A DNA stretch of 64,000 nucleotides from Bdellovibrionia bacterium (GCA_040399745.1 JBBARP010000001.1:106617-170616), one strand, 5' to 3'; positions 36,067 through 46,231 are shown, counted from the stretch's first letter. A program made the numbers and translations. The notes: generated by a model from the letters alone, not told the origin.

Positions 36067-37014
36067 TCACTTCAGCTCCCGGTAGCTGCGGTATTCAAAA
36101 AACCGTCGCCCGGTCCATCGTTCGACTAGGTCCAAGATGATTTTCTTCGCGTCTTTCCAAGACCACTCCAAAGGCGAGTTCTCGAGATCCCAGTTCCAGT
36201 TCTTGGCGCGGATTCGCTCGTCCATCACACCGGGGTGGCTATGGCGAAAGCGCTGAAGGCCCCAGATTTTTTTGTAACGGTAGTTATCGCCCGAATGCGG
36301 CGTCCCTTCGGCGACTTGTTTTGAGTTCGGGTCACCGTGATAAAGCGTGTCCATGAAGAAGGTCTTGGCCTTCATGGCGTCGGGCGTCCTGACCCAGCCG
36401 TAGTGGAAAATGCGCGCCCCTGCTTCGAGAACTCGCGGCTTTGAGCCATCGGGCATGCGGAAACTTTGAGCGTCCCCGATGCTCCTGGCGCCCGAACCGC
36501 GGCGAATGGCGCGCACTTCGCGGCGATAAGCGCTTCGCGTGAATTGAACGACATCGTAGGAGCCGTAGAAATGAAGGTAATCGAAAACCAAGCCGTCCAC
36601 GACCGGGTGCGGGTGCACTTGTGAGATCGCGCGGCGAAGGTTGGATAGGTCCTCATGGTGAAGGACTTCATCGGCCTGAAGATAAACACACCAATCGCCC
36701 GTGCACTGGTCGAGCGCTAGGTTGGTCTGCTCGGCCAGAATCTGGCCCCCCTTCTTCTTCTCGGGGTCATTCAAAGGCCAATCGCTTTCAAAGATTTTCA
36801 CCTTTGAGTCGCCACCGTGAAGGATCGAAAAGCGCTTCACTTGTTGAAGCGTATCGTCGTCGCCGCGGCCGACGTTCACCACGAGTTCGTCGACTAGCGG
36901 CATCAGGGACGCCATGGATTCCAAATACGGATAGTCGAAACGCGTTCCGTTTCGAACCAACGTGAAGCCCGAAATTTTCGGGCGGACCGCTTCAGGGGCT
37001 TGATTTTGAGCCAT
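36067..37014 (-). CDS. Glycosyltransferase family 2
   Basis: ISGFT.VRN, DYP..E, YLQADE, FHYGWVR. Confidence 0.85.
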   Translation of the reverse strand: MAQNQAPEAVRPKISGFTLVRNGTRFDYPYLESMASLMPLVDELVVNVGRGDDDTLQQVKRFSILHGGDSKVKIFESDWPLNDPEKKKGGQILAEQTNLALDQCTGDWCVYLQADEVLHHEDLSNLRRAISQVHPHPVVDGLVFDYLHFYGSYDVVQFTRSAYRREVRAIRRGSGARSIGDAQSFRMPDGSKPRVLEAGARIFHYGWVRTPDAMKAKTFFMDTLYHGDPNSKQVAEGTPHSGDNYRYKKIWGLQRFRHSHPGVMDERIRAKNWNWDLENSPLEWSWKDAKKIILDLVERWTGRRFFEYRSYRELK

Positions 37015-37032
37015 TTCAGGCCGGAATCTAGC

Positions 37033-37815
37033 CTACTCGCGCTGGTACTGCCAGATTTTCACGTGCCGGACGGCCCTAGAAACGCCTTCCAGGATCGAGA
37101 TCACCAGGCCATGAACGCCGTCTTTCCAGGCGCGATAATAGAAGTAGTTTTTTAGGAACATGGCCGGGCCAGCCGTCAGGATGCGAAGCGGGTAAGTTCT
37201 TTGGCCGGCTCGGACCCGGTCCCGGGCCTCAATGGAGGTGTATTTATTCATTTTTTCCAGAAACTTGCCGGGAGCAAAAGCTGGGTCGTGGTGAAGCGGC
37301 TCGTGGATTCGGCCCGGCGGCTCTAGGAAAAGCGGGTATTCGTGGATGTCGTTCTGGTAGCGCACCCCTTCTCGGTGAAAGAAGCGGTCCTGGTAACTGG
37401 GATTCCAGATTCCATGGTGAATGGCTTTGCCCAGGAAGTACTCCTGGCGGCGCACTTTATAGGCCCGAAGAGGCGGGCCCCCGGGTGCTGAAAGCAGCGA
37501 GGTGAGTTGCCTGGCCAGCTCGGGGCTGCACTGCTCGTCACTGTCCACGACCAAGATCCAGTCAAAGCGAGCCTCTTTTAAGCAAAGCTCGCGCTGCACT
37601 CGGAAGCCGGGCCAGGGATTGGTTTTCCAGGTTAGTTTTGAGGCCCAAGGGGCGTCCGGATTCTTTGCGAGTGCTTCGGTGCGATCGGTACTTCCCGCAT
37701 CGACGATCAGGATTTCATCGCACCAAGAAAGCGACTCCAGGCACCGAACCAAGGTGTCTTCGTTGTTGAAGGTGAGGATGGCGGCTGTGACGGGCTGGCG
37801 ACTCTGGGGGCTCAT
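37033..37815 (-). CDS. Glycosyltransferase family 2
   Basis: DAGSTD.T, WPGF..QR, VDSDE, IHE. Confidence 0.88.
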   Translation of the reverse strand: MSPQSRQPVTAAILTFNNEDTLVRCLESLSWCDEILIVDAGSTDRTEALAKNPDAPWASKLTWKTNPWPGFRVQRELCLKEARFDWILVVDSDEQCSPELARQLTSLLSAPGGPPLRAYKVRRQEYFLGKAIHHGIWNPSYQDRFFHREGVRYQNDIHEYPLFLEPPGRIHEPLHHDPAFAPGKFLEKMNKYTSIEARDRVRAGQRTYPLRILTAGPAMFLKNYFYYRAWKDGVHGLVISILEGVSRAVRHVKIWQYQRE

Positions 37816-38921
37816 CCGATGACCTTCATCAGTTCCTCGAAAACCGCGCCCGGCGTGATGCCAGTCATGCAGCGGTGCTTTTCAATTTCACATCGATTCA
37901 GGCCGCACCAAGCCGGCATTCCGGGGTCGGCATCTTTTCGGCAAGCCAACCCTTCGATGAAAAGCCGAGGATGGCGATCTTGCGGATAGGGATGCCACTC
38001 GAAAGGATCTTCCGGGCCAAAAATCGTGACCGTGGGAGTTCCTACGGCAACAGCCAAGTGCCTGGGGCCCGAGTCGTTGCCGCAAAAGGCCTGGCACTGG
38101 GTGAGAACCGAAGCCAAGGCACGAATGCCCAGCGTAGTCTCGGTGGTGATCGCAGCACGAAGTTTGGCCCGGGCGTCGGGCGAAGTTTCGAGCTCTTGAA
38201 TTCTCTGAATCGCAGCTTGGCTAAACGCCTGAGCCAGGGCGCCCTCAGAGGGGCCGGCAAGCGCAAGCACTTGGCCGCCGCGCTCTCGAACCCAGCGAAT
38301 GGCCACTTCGGCGAAACGCTCCATGTCCCAGAGCTTGGTCGGGCGGCTTGCGCCTAAGCCCAGTCCCAGAAGGGGCGTGCCGCTCAGGTCGCGGGCTTTC
38401 AGCCAGGCTTTTGCTTGGTCTTTTTCGGCGTCGCTCAGAAAAACTTGGGGGAGCCGTCCCGTGGGGACTTGGATACCGAGGGCGCGAACGGTGTCCATGT
38501 CGCGTTCGATCACGGGCTTGAGCACACCCTTTCCGGGAACCTCCACGGTGGAGTGGCGGTTCTTGTCGCGATGGCCGTGGAAGTGAATGCTTCTGAGTGA
38601 GGCGCCCGAAGCAAACGCGACGGTCGCGCTCGAAGGACTGGCGTGAAAGTTCACTGCGCAGTCGAAGTTTTCTTGGCGAAGCCCGTAGGCCAAGCGAGCC
38701 ACTGCTTTAGCGCGGCTTGCGGCGTGGGGGTGGCGCTCGAAGGTCCAGATTTTCTCGATGCCGGGTAGGCCCTGAAGAAGCGGCGCCCAAGGAGTCAAAA
38801 CGGCGACTTGAATCTGAGCCTGTGGCCAGGCTCGATGTAATTCCAGGAGGGGTGCCGTCATCAGCACGGTGTCGCCTAGGGATCGGAATTTCAGCGCCAG
38901 GATCTTCTTGGGTGAAGGCAT
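37812..38921 (-). CDS. Glycosyltransferase family 9 (LPS heptosyltransferase)
   Basis: LGDTVL..P, K.W, GNDSGP.HLA.AVGTP.V.IFGP. Confidence 0.92.
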   Translation of the reverse strand: MPSPKKILALKFRSLGDTVLMTAPLLELHRAWPQAQIQVAVLTPWAPLLQGLPGIEKIWTFERHPHAASRAKAVARLAYGLRQENFDCAVNFHASPSSATVAFASGASLRSIHFHGHRDKNRHSTVEVPGKGVLKPVIERDMDTVRALGIQVPTGRLPQVFLSDAEKDQAKAWLKARDLSGTPLLGLGLGASRPTKLWDMERFAEVAIRWVRERGGQVLALAGPSEGALAQAFSQAAIQRIQELETSPDARAKLRAAITTETTLGIRALASVLTQCQAFCGNDSGPRHLAVAVGTPTVTIFGPEDPFEWHPYPQDRHPRLFIEGLACRKDADPGMPAWCGLNRCEIEKHRCMTGITPGAVFEELMKVIG

Positions 38922-38941
38922 GGTGAAATGGACCTTACCAT

Positions 38942-38987
38942 AAAAGAAAACCCCGGGCGGCGTTTGACGGCCGGTCCCGGGGTTCTC
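38942..38987 (-). terminator. Intrinsic terminator
   Basis: AACCCCGGG...CCCGGGGTT stem followed on the minus strand by a T tract. Confidence 0.7.
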
Positions 38988-39029
38988 GAGATTCGCTCAA
39001 ATCCGGTTGCCCGGAGTCGAACGCAGATC

Positions 39030-39212
39030 TCAGTGAGCTGCGCCTTCAGCGTGAGCAGCTTCTTTGTGCTCTTCTTTTTTTGCAGCTTTCTTGGCTTTCT
39101 TTTCAGCTTTAGCCGGAGCAGCGTCGTGGTGAGCAGCTTCAGCAGCTTTGTGTTCTTGAGCGTTAGCCGAGATAGCGAAAACAGCAGCGATAGCGATGAT
39201 GAACTTTTTCAT
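39030..39212 (-). CDS. Small secreted Ala/His/Lys/Glu-rich protein
   Basis: AGGAG ribosome-binding site, MKKFIIAIAAVFAISANA signal peptide, own promoter and terminator. Confidence 0.8.
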   Translation of the reverse strand: MKKFIIAIAAVFAISANAQEHKAAEAAHHDAAPAKAEKKAKKAAKKEEHKEAAHAEGAAH

Positions 39213-39272
39213 GGTTTCTCCTAGGTAGATGATTTTGAGGTCCCCCAAAGCACTGCGAGTTCCCCATGTGTC

Positions 39273-39301
39273 AAACTAAGGAGGGAATGGAACTTCGGCA
39301 A
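39273..39301 (-). promoter_or_regulatory. Sigma70-like promoter
   Basis: TTGCCG-N17-TAGTTT on the minus strand about 60 nt upstream of the small protein gene. Confidence 0.5.
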
Positions 39302-39421
39302 TAGGAAAGGTGAAGTTTTCTTCACTCAATCGAGAGTTCTGAACGGCCGCTCACTGATCTTGAGTTGCTCGTTAGGGTTTTGACGGTTGCTTGGAGTGAG
39401 TGCGAAGCGCGAGGCAGTGGA

Positions 39422-40063
39422 TCAGAACTTCGATTGCGAAGTGTAGATGTGCTTGATGTCGATGTGTGAGAAACGCAAATGCTTCAGCTTCATCGAAGCG
39501 AGCTGCAAAATCAGCTTCGTTTGGCGGCTTTTATCCTGGAAACGGACGCGTTTGATTTCACCCAAGATGAAAGATTCCATCTCGTTTGGGTGAAAGCAGA
39601 AGCCGCGCGAGAACTCATGGCTGGCTTTAAAAGGGATGATTCTCGCTTCAAAAATGTCTCCGCGCGCGAAGCCACGGGCGATCTCGGGAGCTTGAACGGT
39701 GTAGGTCTTGTTCGAGAACAAGTCCTGCACGACTAGTCCCGTTTTCGCCCAGGTTCGGCGCTTCAGGCGGAACACAGAATGGATGGTCGAACAGAAGTCG
39801 CGATAGATGTTCAACTCTTCGTTCGAGAAGCGGTCCTTGTTTCGGCGAAAGTAGTACTTGATGGGCGGCAAGTCCACGCCCGGAAGGTCGCGGTCAAAAA
39901 TGTACCAGTCCATGAACACGCACATGCGCTGTTCAAACTCGACGTCGTCTTCGTAAACGATGCCGGCTTTTTCGAAGAACTCCTGCTTGGCGTTGTAGAC
40001 CTCGCGGTAGTACTCGCCGGTGGTGAATTCTTCGATGATGGGTTCCAGGTAGCGTTCGTACAT
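39422..40063 (-). CDS. Conserved hypothetical protein
   Basis: MYERYLEP...DWYIFDR...SVF..V.DLF..GDIFEAR; strong codon bias. Confidence 0.75.
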   Translation of the reverse strand: MYERYLEPIIEEFTTGEYYREVYNAKQEFFEKAGIVYEDDVEFEQRMCVFMDWYIFDRDLPGVDLPPIKYYFRRNKDRFSNEELNIYRDFCSTIHSVFRLKRRTWAKTGLVVQDLFSNKTYTVQAPEIARGFARGDIFEARIIPFKASHEFSRGFCFHPNEMESFILGEIKRVRFQDKSRQTKLILQLASMKLKHLRFSHIDIKHIYTSQSKF

Positions 40064-40160
40064 GCGTGTTTCCCGAGGATAATGACCTCGGCCCGGAATA
40101 GGAAGGATTGTCTGAGCAGACTGGCGTGTGGCCGACGAATTTGCTAAGGATTTGGCCATT

Positions 40161-43100
40161 ATGGCGCAAACCTCCCGCCCGTTTACCCCAGTCCGTTCTG
40201 ACGTCAACCTGCCCCGGCAGGAGGAGGAAATCCTCCGTTTCTGGGACGAGCGGCGGATTTTCGAAAAATCCCTGAAAAAGGACGCAGGTCCCGAGGTCAA
40301 ACCCTACCGTTTTTACGACGGCCCGCCCTTCGCTACGGGGTTGCCCCACTACGGCCACATCCTGGCCGGTTCGATCAAAGACATTGTCCCCCGCTACTGG
40401 ACCATGAAGGGCTACTCGGTGCCCCGGCGCTTCGGTTGGGACTGCCACGGGCTACCGGTTGAGTACGAGATCAACAAGGCGCTGAAGCTGGATTCCCGGA
40501 AAGCCATTTTGGAATACGGCGTGGACAAGTACAACGCCGCCTGCCGCTCGATCGTGCAGCGCTATTCGAACGAGTGGAAAGCGACCGTCCGCCGCACGGG
40601 TCGATGGATCGACATGGAAAACGCTTATTTCACGATGAGCGTCGAGTTCATGCAAAGCGTGTGGTGGGTTTTCCAAGAGCTTTGGAAAAAAGGCCTGATC
40701 TACGAAGGCCATAAAGTGGTGCCTTACTCGACGGGCGTGTCGACCGCGCTTTCGAACTTTGAAGCCAACTTGAACTACAAACAGGTTCAAGACCCAGCCG
40801 TCACCGTCACTTTCCCGGTAGACGGACAGCCCGGGGTTTCGATCCTGGCTTGGACCACGACGCCTTGGACCCTTCCTTCGAACCTGGGTCTGGCCGTTCA
40901 TCGCGACACCGATTACGTGCGAGTGAAGGAGCTCGCTTCGGGCAATCAATTCATTCTGGCGCAAGCGCTTCTCGCTTCAGTTTTCAAGGATCCCGCCAAG
41001 GACGTCGAAGTGCTCGAGACCGTGAAAGGCGAAAAGCTGATCGGTCTCACTTACACGCCGATCTTCGATTACTTCGCTTCGAAAAAAGCCGAAGGCGCTT
41101 TCCGCGTGATCCACTCCGATCACGTCACGACTGAAAGCGGCACGGGCGTCGTACACATGGCCCCGGCCTTTGGTGAAGAAGACTATCAAGCCTGTAAAGC
41201 GGCTGGCTTGCCGTTTGTTTGCCCGGTCGATGACGACGGGATGTTCACGAGTGATGTGCCCGATCATCAGGGCAAGCGCGTGAAGGAAGCCGACAAGGAC
41301 CTGATCGCCCAGCTGAAGCAAAAGGGCCGACTTTTCCGCCACGATACGATCACGCACTCGTATCCGTTCTGCTGGCGCTCGGACACGCCGCTCATTTACC
41401 GCGCGGTTTCGAGCTGGTTCGTCGCAGTCGAAAAGATCAAAGAGCAGCTGATCGCGAACAACAGGACCACGAACTGGGTGCCCGAGCACCTGCGCGATGG
41501 ACGCTTTGGAAACTGGCTCGAAAACGCGCGCGATTGGGCCATTTCGAGAAACCGCTTCTGGGGTACCCCGATTCCGGTGTGGCGAAACCCGGAAGGCGAG
41601 ATGATTTGCATCGGCTCTCGCGAGGAGCTCGAGCGGCTTTCGGGCAAAAAAGTGAGCGACCTTCACATGGAATTCGTGGATCAAATCGAGATCCCGTCTC
41701 CGACTGGAAAGTCGCCGCTGAAGCGAGTTTCGGAAGTTTTGGACTGCTGGTTTGAGTCGGGCTCGATGCCTTACGCGCAGTGGGGTTATCCGTTCCAGAA
41801 CGAGAAGGAATTCAAGAGCACTTATCCTGCCGACTTTATCGCGGAAGGCCTCGATCAAACGCGGGGCTGGTTCTACACCCTGATGGTGATCGGCACGGCG
41901 CTTTACGATCAAGCTCCGTTCAAGAACGTGGTCGTGAACGGTCTGGTCTTGGCCGAAGACGGCAAGAAAATGTCCAAGAGCCTGAAGAACTATCCGGACC
42001 CGAACGAGCTTCTGGATAAGCACGGTGCCGACGCGCTTCGCCTCTACATGATCGATTCGCCGGTGGTGAAAGCGCAGGAACTCAAGTTCTCGGAAACTGG
42101 CGTCGTCGATGTGGTTCGCCGCATTCTGCTGCGTTGGTGGAACTCGTACGCCTTCTTCATCAACTACGCCAATATCGACGATTTCCGCCCGAAAGGCGGC
42201 GCTCGTCAGTCGCCGAACCTTCTCGATCAGTGGATCTTGTCACGACTCAATACTCTGATTGCGAACACCGAAGCCGAGATGGCGGCTTACCGGCTTTACA
42301 ACGTCGTTCCGCAGCTTCTGCAGTTTGTGGATGATTTGACGAACACTTACATTCGTTTCAATCGCTCGCACTTCTGGGCCGACGGAATGCCCGAAGACAA
42401 GCGCTACGCTTACGAAACGCTGTATGAGGTGCTCTTGAGCTTGTCGAAGCTCATGGCTCCGTTTGCGCCTTTCTTGGCCGAATCGACTTATCAGAACTTG
42501 GCCCGCGTTCTTCCCGATGCGCGCGAATCGGTGCACTTGGAAACTTTCCCCGTTTCCGACGCCGCTTTGATTCGTCCGGAGCTGGAAGAAGCCGTTCGTG
42601 CCATGGATGCATTGGTGCAGATGGGCCGAAATCAGCGCGAAAAAATCAAAGTTCGCGCCAAGATTCCGCTCAAAAAACTCACCGTCATTCAGCGTGAAAA
42701 GCGGGTTCTTGAGAACTTGAAACGCTTTGAGCCTTATTTCCGCGACGAACTCAACGTTCGCGAAATCGTCTACGCCCATAATGAAGACGATTTTGTGCAA
42801 ATCACGGCAAAGCCTAACTTCCCAGTGCTCGGGAAGCGCGTAGGTCCGAAGATGAAAGCAGTTGCTGCCGGGATTCAGAAGCTTGGCCTTTCGGATCTGC
42901 TGAAGCTTGAGCAAGGGGGCAACGTTCAGGTTGAAGGCGAAGAGATCACTCTTTCGGATCTTCAGGTGGTTCGCGCACCCAAAGGCAATCGGCCCGATCT
43001 AGCGGTAGGTTCGGTCGTGTCCATGGAGATGGACCCCACGGTGACCGACGAGCAAGTGAAAGAGGGATTGGCGCGCGAGATTGTGCGGAAAGTTCAGGCG

Positions 43101-43325
43101 GCTCGAAAAGCGGCTGACTTCCAACTCGACGACACCATTGCTCTGGAACTGGCTTGTACGGGCGCTCTTCATGAGGCCGCCGAAGCTCATCAAGAGATGA
43201 TCTGCCGCGAAACTCTGACCCGGAAGTTTGCTTTGGTAGAGACGCCGCAAGGGAAGCACGTCGAGACCATCGACCTAGACGGTGAGTCCTTGAGCATTGG
43301 TGTCACTGCGCTTCCCCGCAATTAG
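40161..43325 (+). CDS. ileS: Isoleucine--tRNA ligase (type 2, eukaryote/archaea-like)
   Basis: FYDGPPFATGLPHYGH, WTTTPWTLPSN, DW.ISRNRFWG, EGLDQTRGWF, KMSKS; long C-terminus without a zinc finger. Confidence 0.97.
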   Translation: MAQTSRPFTPVRSDVNLPRQEEEILRFWDERRIFEKSLKKDAGPEVKPYRFYDGPPFATGLPHYGHILAGSIKDIVPRYWTMKGYSVPRRFGWDCHGLPVEYEINKALKLDSRKAILEYGVDKYNAACRSIVQRYSNEWKATVRRTGRWIDMENAYFTMSVEFMQSVWWVFQELWKKGLIYEGHKVVPYSTGVSTALSNFEANLNYKQVQDPAVTVTFPVDGQPGVSILAWTTTPWTLPSNLGLAVHRDTDYVRVKELASGNQFILAQALLASVFKDPAKDVEVLETVKGEKLIGLTYTPIFDYFASKKAEGAFRVIHSDHVTTESGTGVVHMAPAFGEEDYQACKAAGLPFVCPVDDDGMFTSDVPDHQGKRVKEADKDLIAQLKQKGRLFRHDTITHSYPFCWRSDTPLIYRAVSSWFVAVEKIKEQLIANNRTTNWVPEHLRDGRFGNWLENARDWAISRNRFWGTPIPVWRNPEGEMICIGSREELERLSGKKVSDLHMEFVDQIEIPSPTGKSPLKRVSEVLDCWFESGSMPYAQWGYPFQNEKEFKSTYPADFIAEGLDQTRGWFYTLMVIGTALYDQAPFKNVVVNGLVLAEDGKKMSKSLKNYPDPNELLDKHGADALRLYMIDSPVVKAQELKFSETGVVDVVRRILLRWWNSYAFFINYANIDDFRPKGGARQSPNLLDQWILSRLNTLIANTEAEMAAYRLYNVVPQLLQFVDDLTNTYIRFNRSHFWADGMPEDKRYAYETLYEVLLSLSKLMAPFAPFLAESTYQNLARVLPDARESVHLETFPVSDAALIRPELEEAVRAMDALVQMGRNQREKIKVRAKIPLKKLTVIQREKRVLENLKRFEPYFRDELNVREIVYAHNEDDFVQITAKPNFPVLGKRVGPKMKAVAAGIQKLGLSDLLKLEQGGNVQVEGEEITLSDLQVVRAPKGNRPDLAVGSVVSMEMDPTVTDEQVKEGLAREIVRKVQAARKAADFQLDDTIALELACTGALHEAAEAHQEMICRETLTRKFALVETPQGKHVETIDLDGESLSIGVTALPRN

Positions 43326-43338
43326 AGAGGGGCTTGAA

Positions 43339-44163
43339 GTGGAAGGACATCAAACCAAGCCGCCCGGAAAGGTCCACCCACGGGGCGTTCCCACGGGAAG
43401 GCCAGCTGTGGAGGGAGATCTTTCAGGGGCTTGGACGCTTGAGCCCATCGGCTGGTTTGAGTCGCCCTTTCACGAGAAATTCGGCATTCCTCGGCAATCC
43501 GGAATGGTTCAGGGCGCTCGGGGTTTCATTCGCCTGCGTGACCACGATTTCTTGGCCCAAGCCCTGAAGGGGCTGGAAAGCTTTAGCCATCTTTGGGCGC
43601 TTTGGATTTTTCACGAACACGATGCACGCGACTGGAAGCCTTCCATTCGCCCGCCGCGGTTAGGAGGCGCCAAGCGCGTCGGGGTTTTGGCCTCGCGTTC
43701 GCCGCACCGTCCGAACCCAATCGGAATGTCAGCTTTGAAGATTCTCTCCATCGATCCCAAGGCCAAAGGCGGCCCTCGCATTGAAGTGGAGGGTCTGGAT
43801 GTGATCGATGGAACGCCCGTCATCGATTTGAAGCCCTACGTGCCGTACGCCGATTGTTTTCCTGAGGCGACTTCGGGCTGGGCTGCGGGCGAAATCCCGC
43901 GCACGCCCGTGGAGTTTTCCGAAGAAGCGCGCGCTTTGCTTGCCGCGATGCCTGGCGGCGGAGCGGATTTGGAGCGCCTCATTGTCGGGGTGGTGGAACT
44001 CGATCCTCGGCCTGCGTCGCTTCGGCGCCGCGAGCCGTCTGATAGCCAAGCGGCTTTGGGATCGCGCCACGGCTTTGAGTTAAAGGGTTGGGATGTCCGC
44101 TGGGAAATCACTCCCCAGGGGTTTCGAGTTCGAGAACTCGTCCCACTCAATCGGCTTGGCTAG
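43339..44163 (+). CDS. tsaA: tRNA (t6A37-N6)-methyltransferase TrmO
   Basis: KFGIPRQ, RPPRLGG, GV.ASRSPHRPNPIG, DGTPVIDLKPY; GTG start assumed. Confidence 0.9.
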   Translation: MEGHQTKPPGKVHPRGVPTGRPAVEGDLSGAWTLEPIGWFESPFHEKFGIPRQSGMVQGARGFIRLRDHDFLAQALKGLESFSHLWALWIFHEHDARDWKPSIRPPRLGGAKRVGVLASRSPHRPNPIGMSALKILSIDPKAKGGPRIEVEGLDVIDGTPVIDLKPYVPYADCFPEATSGWAAGEIPRTPVEFSEEARALLAAMPGGGADLERLIVGVVELDPRPASLRRREPSDSQAALGSRHGFELKGWDVRWEITPQGFRVRELVPLNRLG

Positions 44164-45007
44164 ATCCACCCGGGGCGGCGCCTTTTGTTGGAGCGGGACG
44201 CCGGGGTTCGGATTCCTCGCTTGATTCGGCCTCGATTTTTTTAAAAATCTTCCGGAAATGGGCCTCGCAGAGAGGCCTTTTTCGATGATTTTGAAAATAG
44301 CCTGGGCGGGTCTTGAGCTTTTGGAGCCCGAGTTCCACATTCAAGGCGGGGCAGAGCATCACGACTTTACCGAAGCACTTTCCGGTTTTTTCGATTTCAC
44401 AGTTGGCAGCACTGCCGAAGAATTCTTTGGGCGGCACTCGCACGGAATAAAAATCTCGCGAAGCGCATTTCACGAGTGCCGCTTCTGGATCCGTCCTCAT
44501 CAAATCCCGGTACTCAGTGAAAATGCGCCGCGTCCCGCCTGAAGAGTCTGTGGTCAGAACGTTGGACGATTGCTGCATCATTCCGAAGTTCGTCTCCGAA
44601 TTGTAGTCCATGGGCCGGGGGCGGCTTAAGCTTCGGCGAACTTCCGTGGTTTCCCACTTGGAGGTGTTGGCTCCAGGCCTTCCCCACTCAAAAGGCCTTC
44701 TCGCAGAGGTTCCTTGCATATCGGTGACGCAAGTGGGGTCACCTCCTGACTCGGCGATGATGAGGGGTAAAATTCTCGAAGCTCGGATGGACCGAGCAAT
44801 GAAGGTTTCTTCTTTGAACCTTCGATTCGCCGCCATCGCCGTTAATTGCACCAGTCGCGGAGCGACGGTGTACTGACCCGCGCAGCATTCTTGCTTCGGG
44901 TCGCATGAAGCCCTTGCCCAGGCTGGAATCAGAATCGCAGAAGCCGCGACAGCAAAAATGGACCAAAATGCGGCAGCGGCCTTCCTGGCGCGCAGCTGGC
45001 GGATCAA
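44147..45007 (-). CDS. Secreted lytic-transglycosylase (SLT)-like protein
   Basis: Signal peptide; IIAESGGDP, FGMMQ, LNVELG motifs. Confidence 0.55.
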   Translation of the reverse strand: MIRQLRARKAAAAFWSIFAVAASAILIPAWARASCDPKQECCAGQYTVAPRLVQLTAMAANRRFKEETFIARSIRASRILPLIIAESGGDPTCVTDMQGTSARRPFEWGRPGANTSKWETTEVRRSLSRPRPMDYNSETNFGMMQQSSNVLTTDSSGGTRRIFTEYRDLMRTDPEAALVKCASRDFYSVRVPPKEFFGSAANCEIEKTGKCFGKVVMLCPALNVELGLQKLKTRPGYFQNHRKRPLCEAHFRKIFKKIEAESSEESEPRRPAPTKGAAPGGSSQAD

Positions 45008-45019
45008 ATGGCGATTCTC

Positions 45020-46231
45020 CTAGTGAGTTTGCGGCTGGGCTAAAGTGAGAGTGGATGGACCACGATCTCGATTCAACCCCTGAGGAGTAGTTTCACGGTT
45101 GGACGCCATGGCTGCAACAAAACTCTGAATCAATCCCGCAGCGTCGTGCGGGCCGGGACTTGCTTCGGGGTGGAACTGAACTGAAAAGGCGGGCGCTCCA
45201 CTCCAAGTCGATTCCAGGCCTGAAACCGTGCGATCGTTCAGATGAAGGTAGGTAATACGCGCGGCACTTCCCAAAGAAGCCAGATCCACGGCGTAGCCAT
45301 GGTTTTGAGAAGTGATCAGGACGCGGCCCGTATCTTTTTCTAGGACGGGTTGATTGCCGCCGCGGTGACCAAACTTGAGCTTGTAGGTGCGTCCGCCGAG
45401 CGCCAGTCCCAGAACTTGGTGCCCCATGCAAACCCCGAAGATCGGGACTTGGCCGAGGAGTTCGCGAACCGTTTTCACCGGGCCTTCAGCCATTGATGGG
45501 TCGCCAGGGCCATTCGAAAGAAAGACCCCGTCTGGCTGAAGACTTTGGATTTTCTCTAGGCTTGAAGTTGCGGGAAGGACCGTGACGTCACAACCGGCCG
45601 AGGAGAGAAGCCTGAGCAAGTTCTCTTTGATTCCGAAATCGAGCGCCACCACGCGGTAGGGGCTTTGTCCTTTGTTCTTGGCTGGGACAAAACGCTCGGT
45701 ATCGGGGGGCGCCGCACGCGAAAGCCAGTCTTGGGCTGCAGGCGAAGGCAAACGGGCGATGAGCTCACGGAAGCGGTGGCGATCGGCCTCAAGAAGCAGC
45801 ATGGCGCGGGTCACGCCCTGCGAGCGCAGGTGACGCGTCAGGGCGCGCGTGTTCACTCCGGTGATCGCAGGCAGGCGATGGTGGGTCAGCCATTCCACGA
45901 GCGAGCGAGTCTTTCGCCAGTTCGATGGCTTCAGGCAAAGTTCTTCGACCACAAGGCCCGAGCAAAGCGGGCGAGAGCTTTCCCAGTCCTCTTCATTCAC
46001 GCCCGTGTTGCCGATGTGCGGCTGGGTGAAGACCACGAGCTGGCCTGCATACGATGGATCAGTCAGAATTTCTTGATAGCCGGTCAGTGACGTATTGAAG
46101 ACCGCTTCCCCGTGACCCACGAAGTTCTCGTAGTTCAGGAATTCAGCTCCAAATAATTCACCGGGAAAAGCCAACCCCTCGGGGTTTTCACCGTCTTCGA
46201 GAACCAGGAATCCGCGCTGGAATTGGCTCAT
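45020..46231 (-). CDS. carA: Carbamoyl-phosphate synthase small subunit
   Basis: GEAVFNT..TGYQE..TDPSY, LSNGPGDP, GVCMGHQ, VQFHPEASPGPHD. Confidence 0.95.
   Translation of the reverse strand: MSQFQRGFLVLEDGENPEGLAFPGELFGAEFLNYENFVGHGEAVFNTSLTGYQEILTDPSYAGQLVVFTQPHIGNTGVNEEDWESSRPLCSGLVVEELCLKPSNWRKTRSLVEWLTHHRLPAITGVNTRALTRHLRSQGVTRAMLLLEADRHRFRELIARLPSPAAQDWLSRAAPPDTERFVPAKNKGQSPYRVVALDFGIKENLLRLLSSAGCDVTVLPATSSLEKIQSLQPDGVFLSNGPGDPSMAEGPVKTVRELLGQVPIFGVCMGHQVLGLALGGRTYKLKFGHRGGNQPVLEKDTGRVLITSQNHGYAVDLASLGSAARITYLHLNDRTVSGLESTWSGAPAFSVQFHPEASPGPHDAAGLIQSFVAAMASNRETTPQGLNRDRGPSTLTLAQPQTH

Noticed and set aside
31452..38921. Glycosyltransferase cluster as a novel system
   Set aside because: Ordinary LPS core/surface glycan genes (GT2, GT9, ugd).
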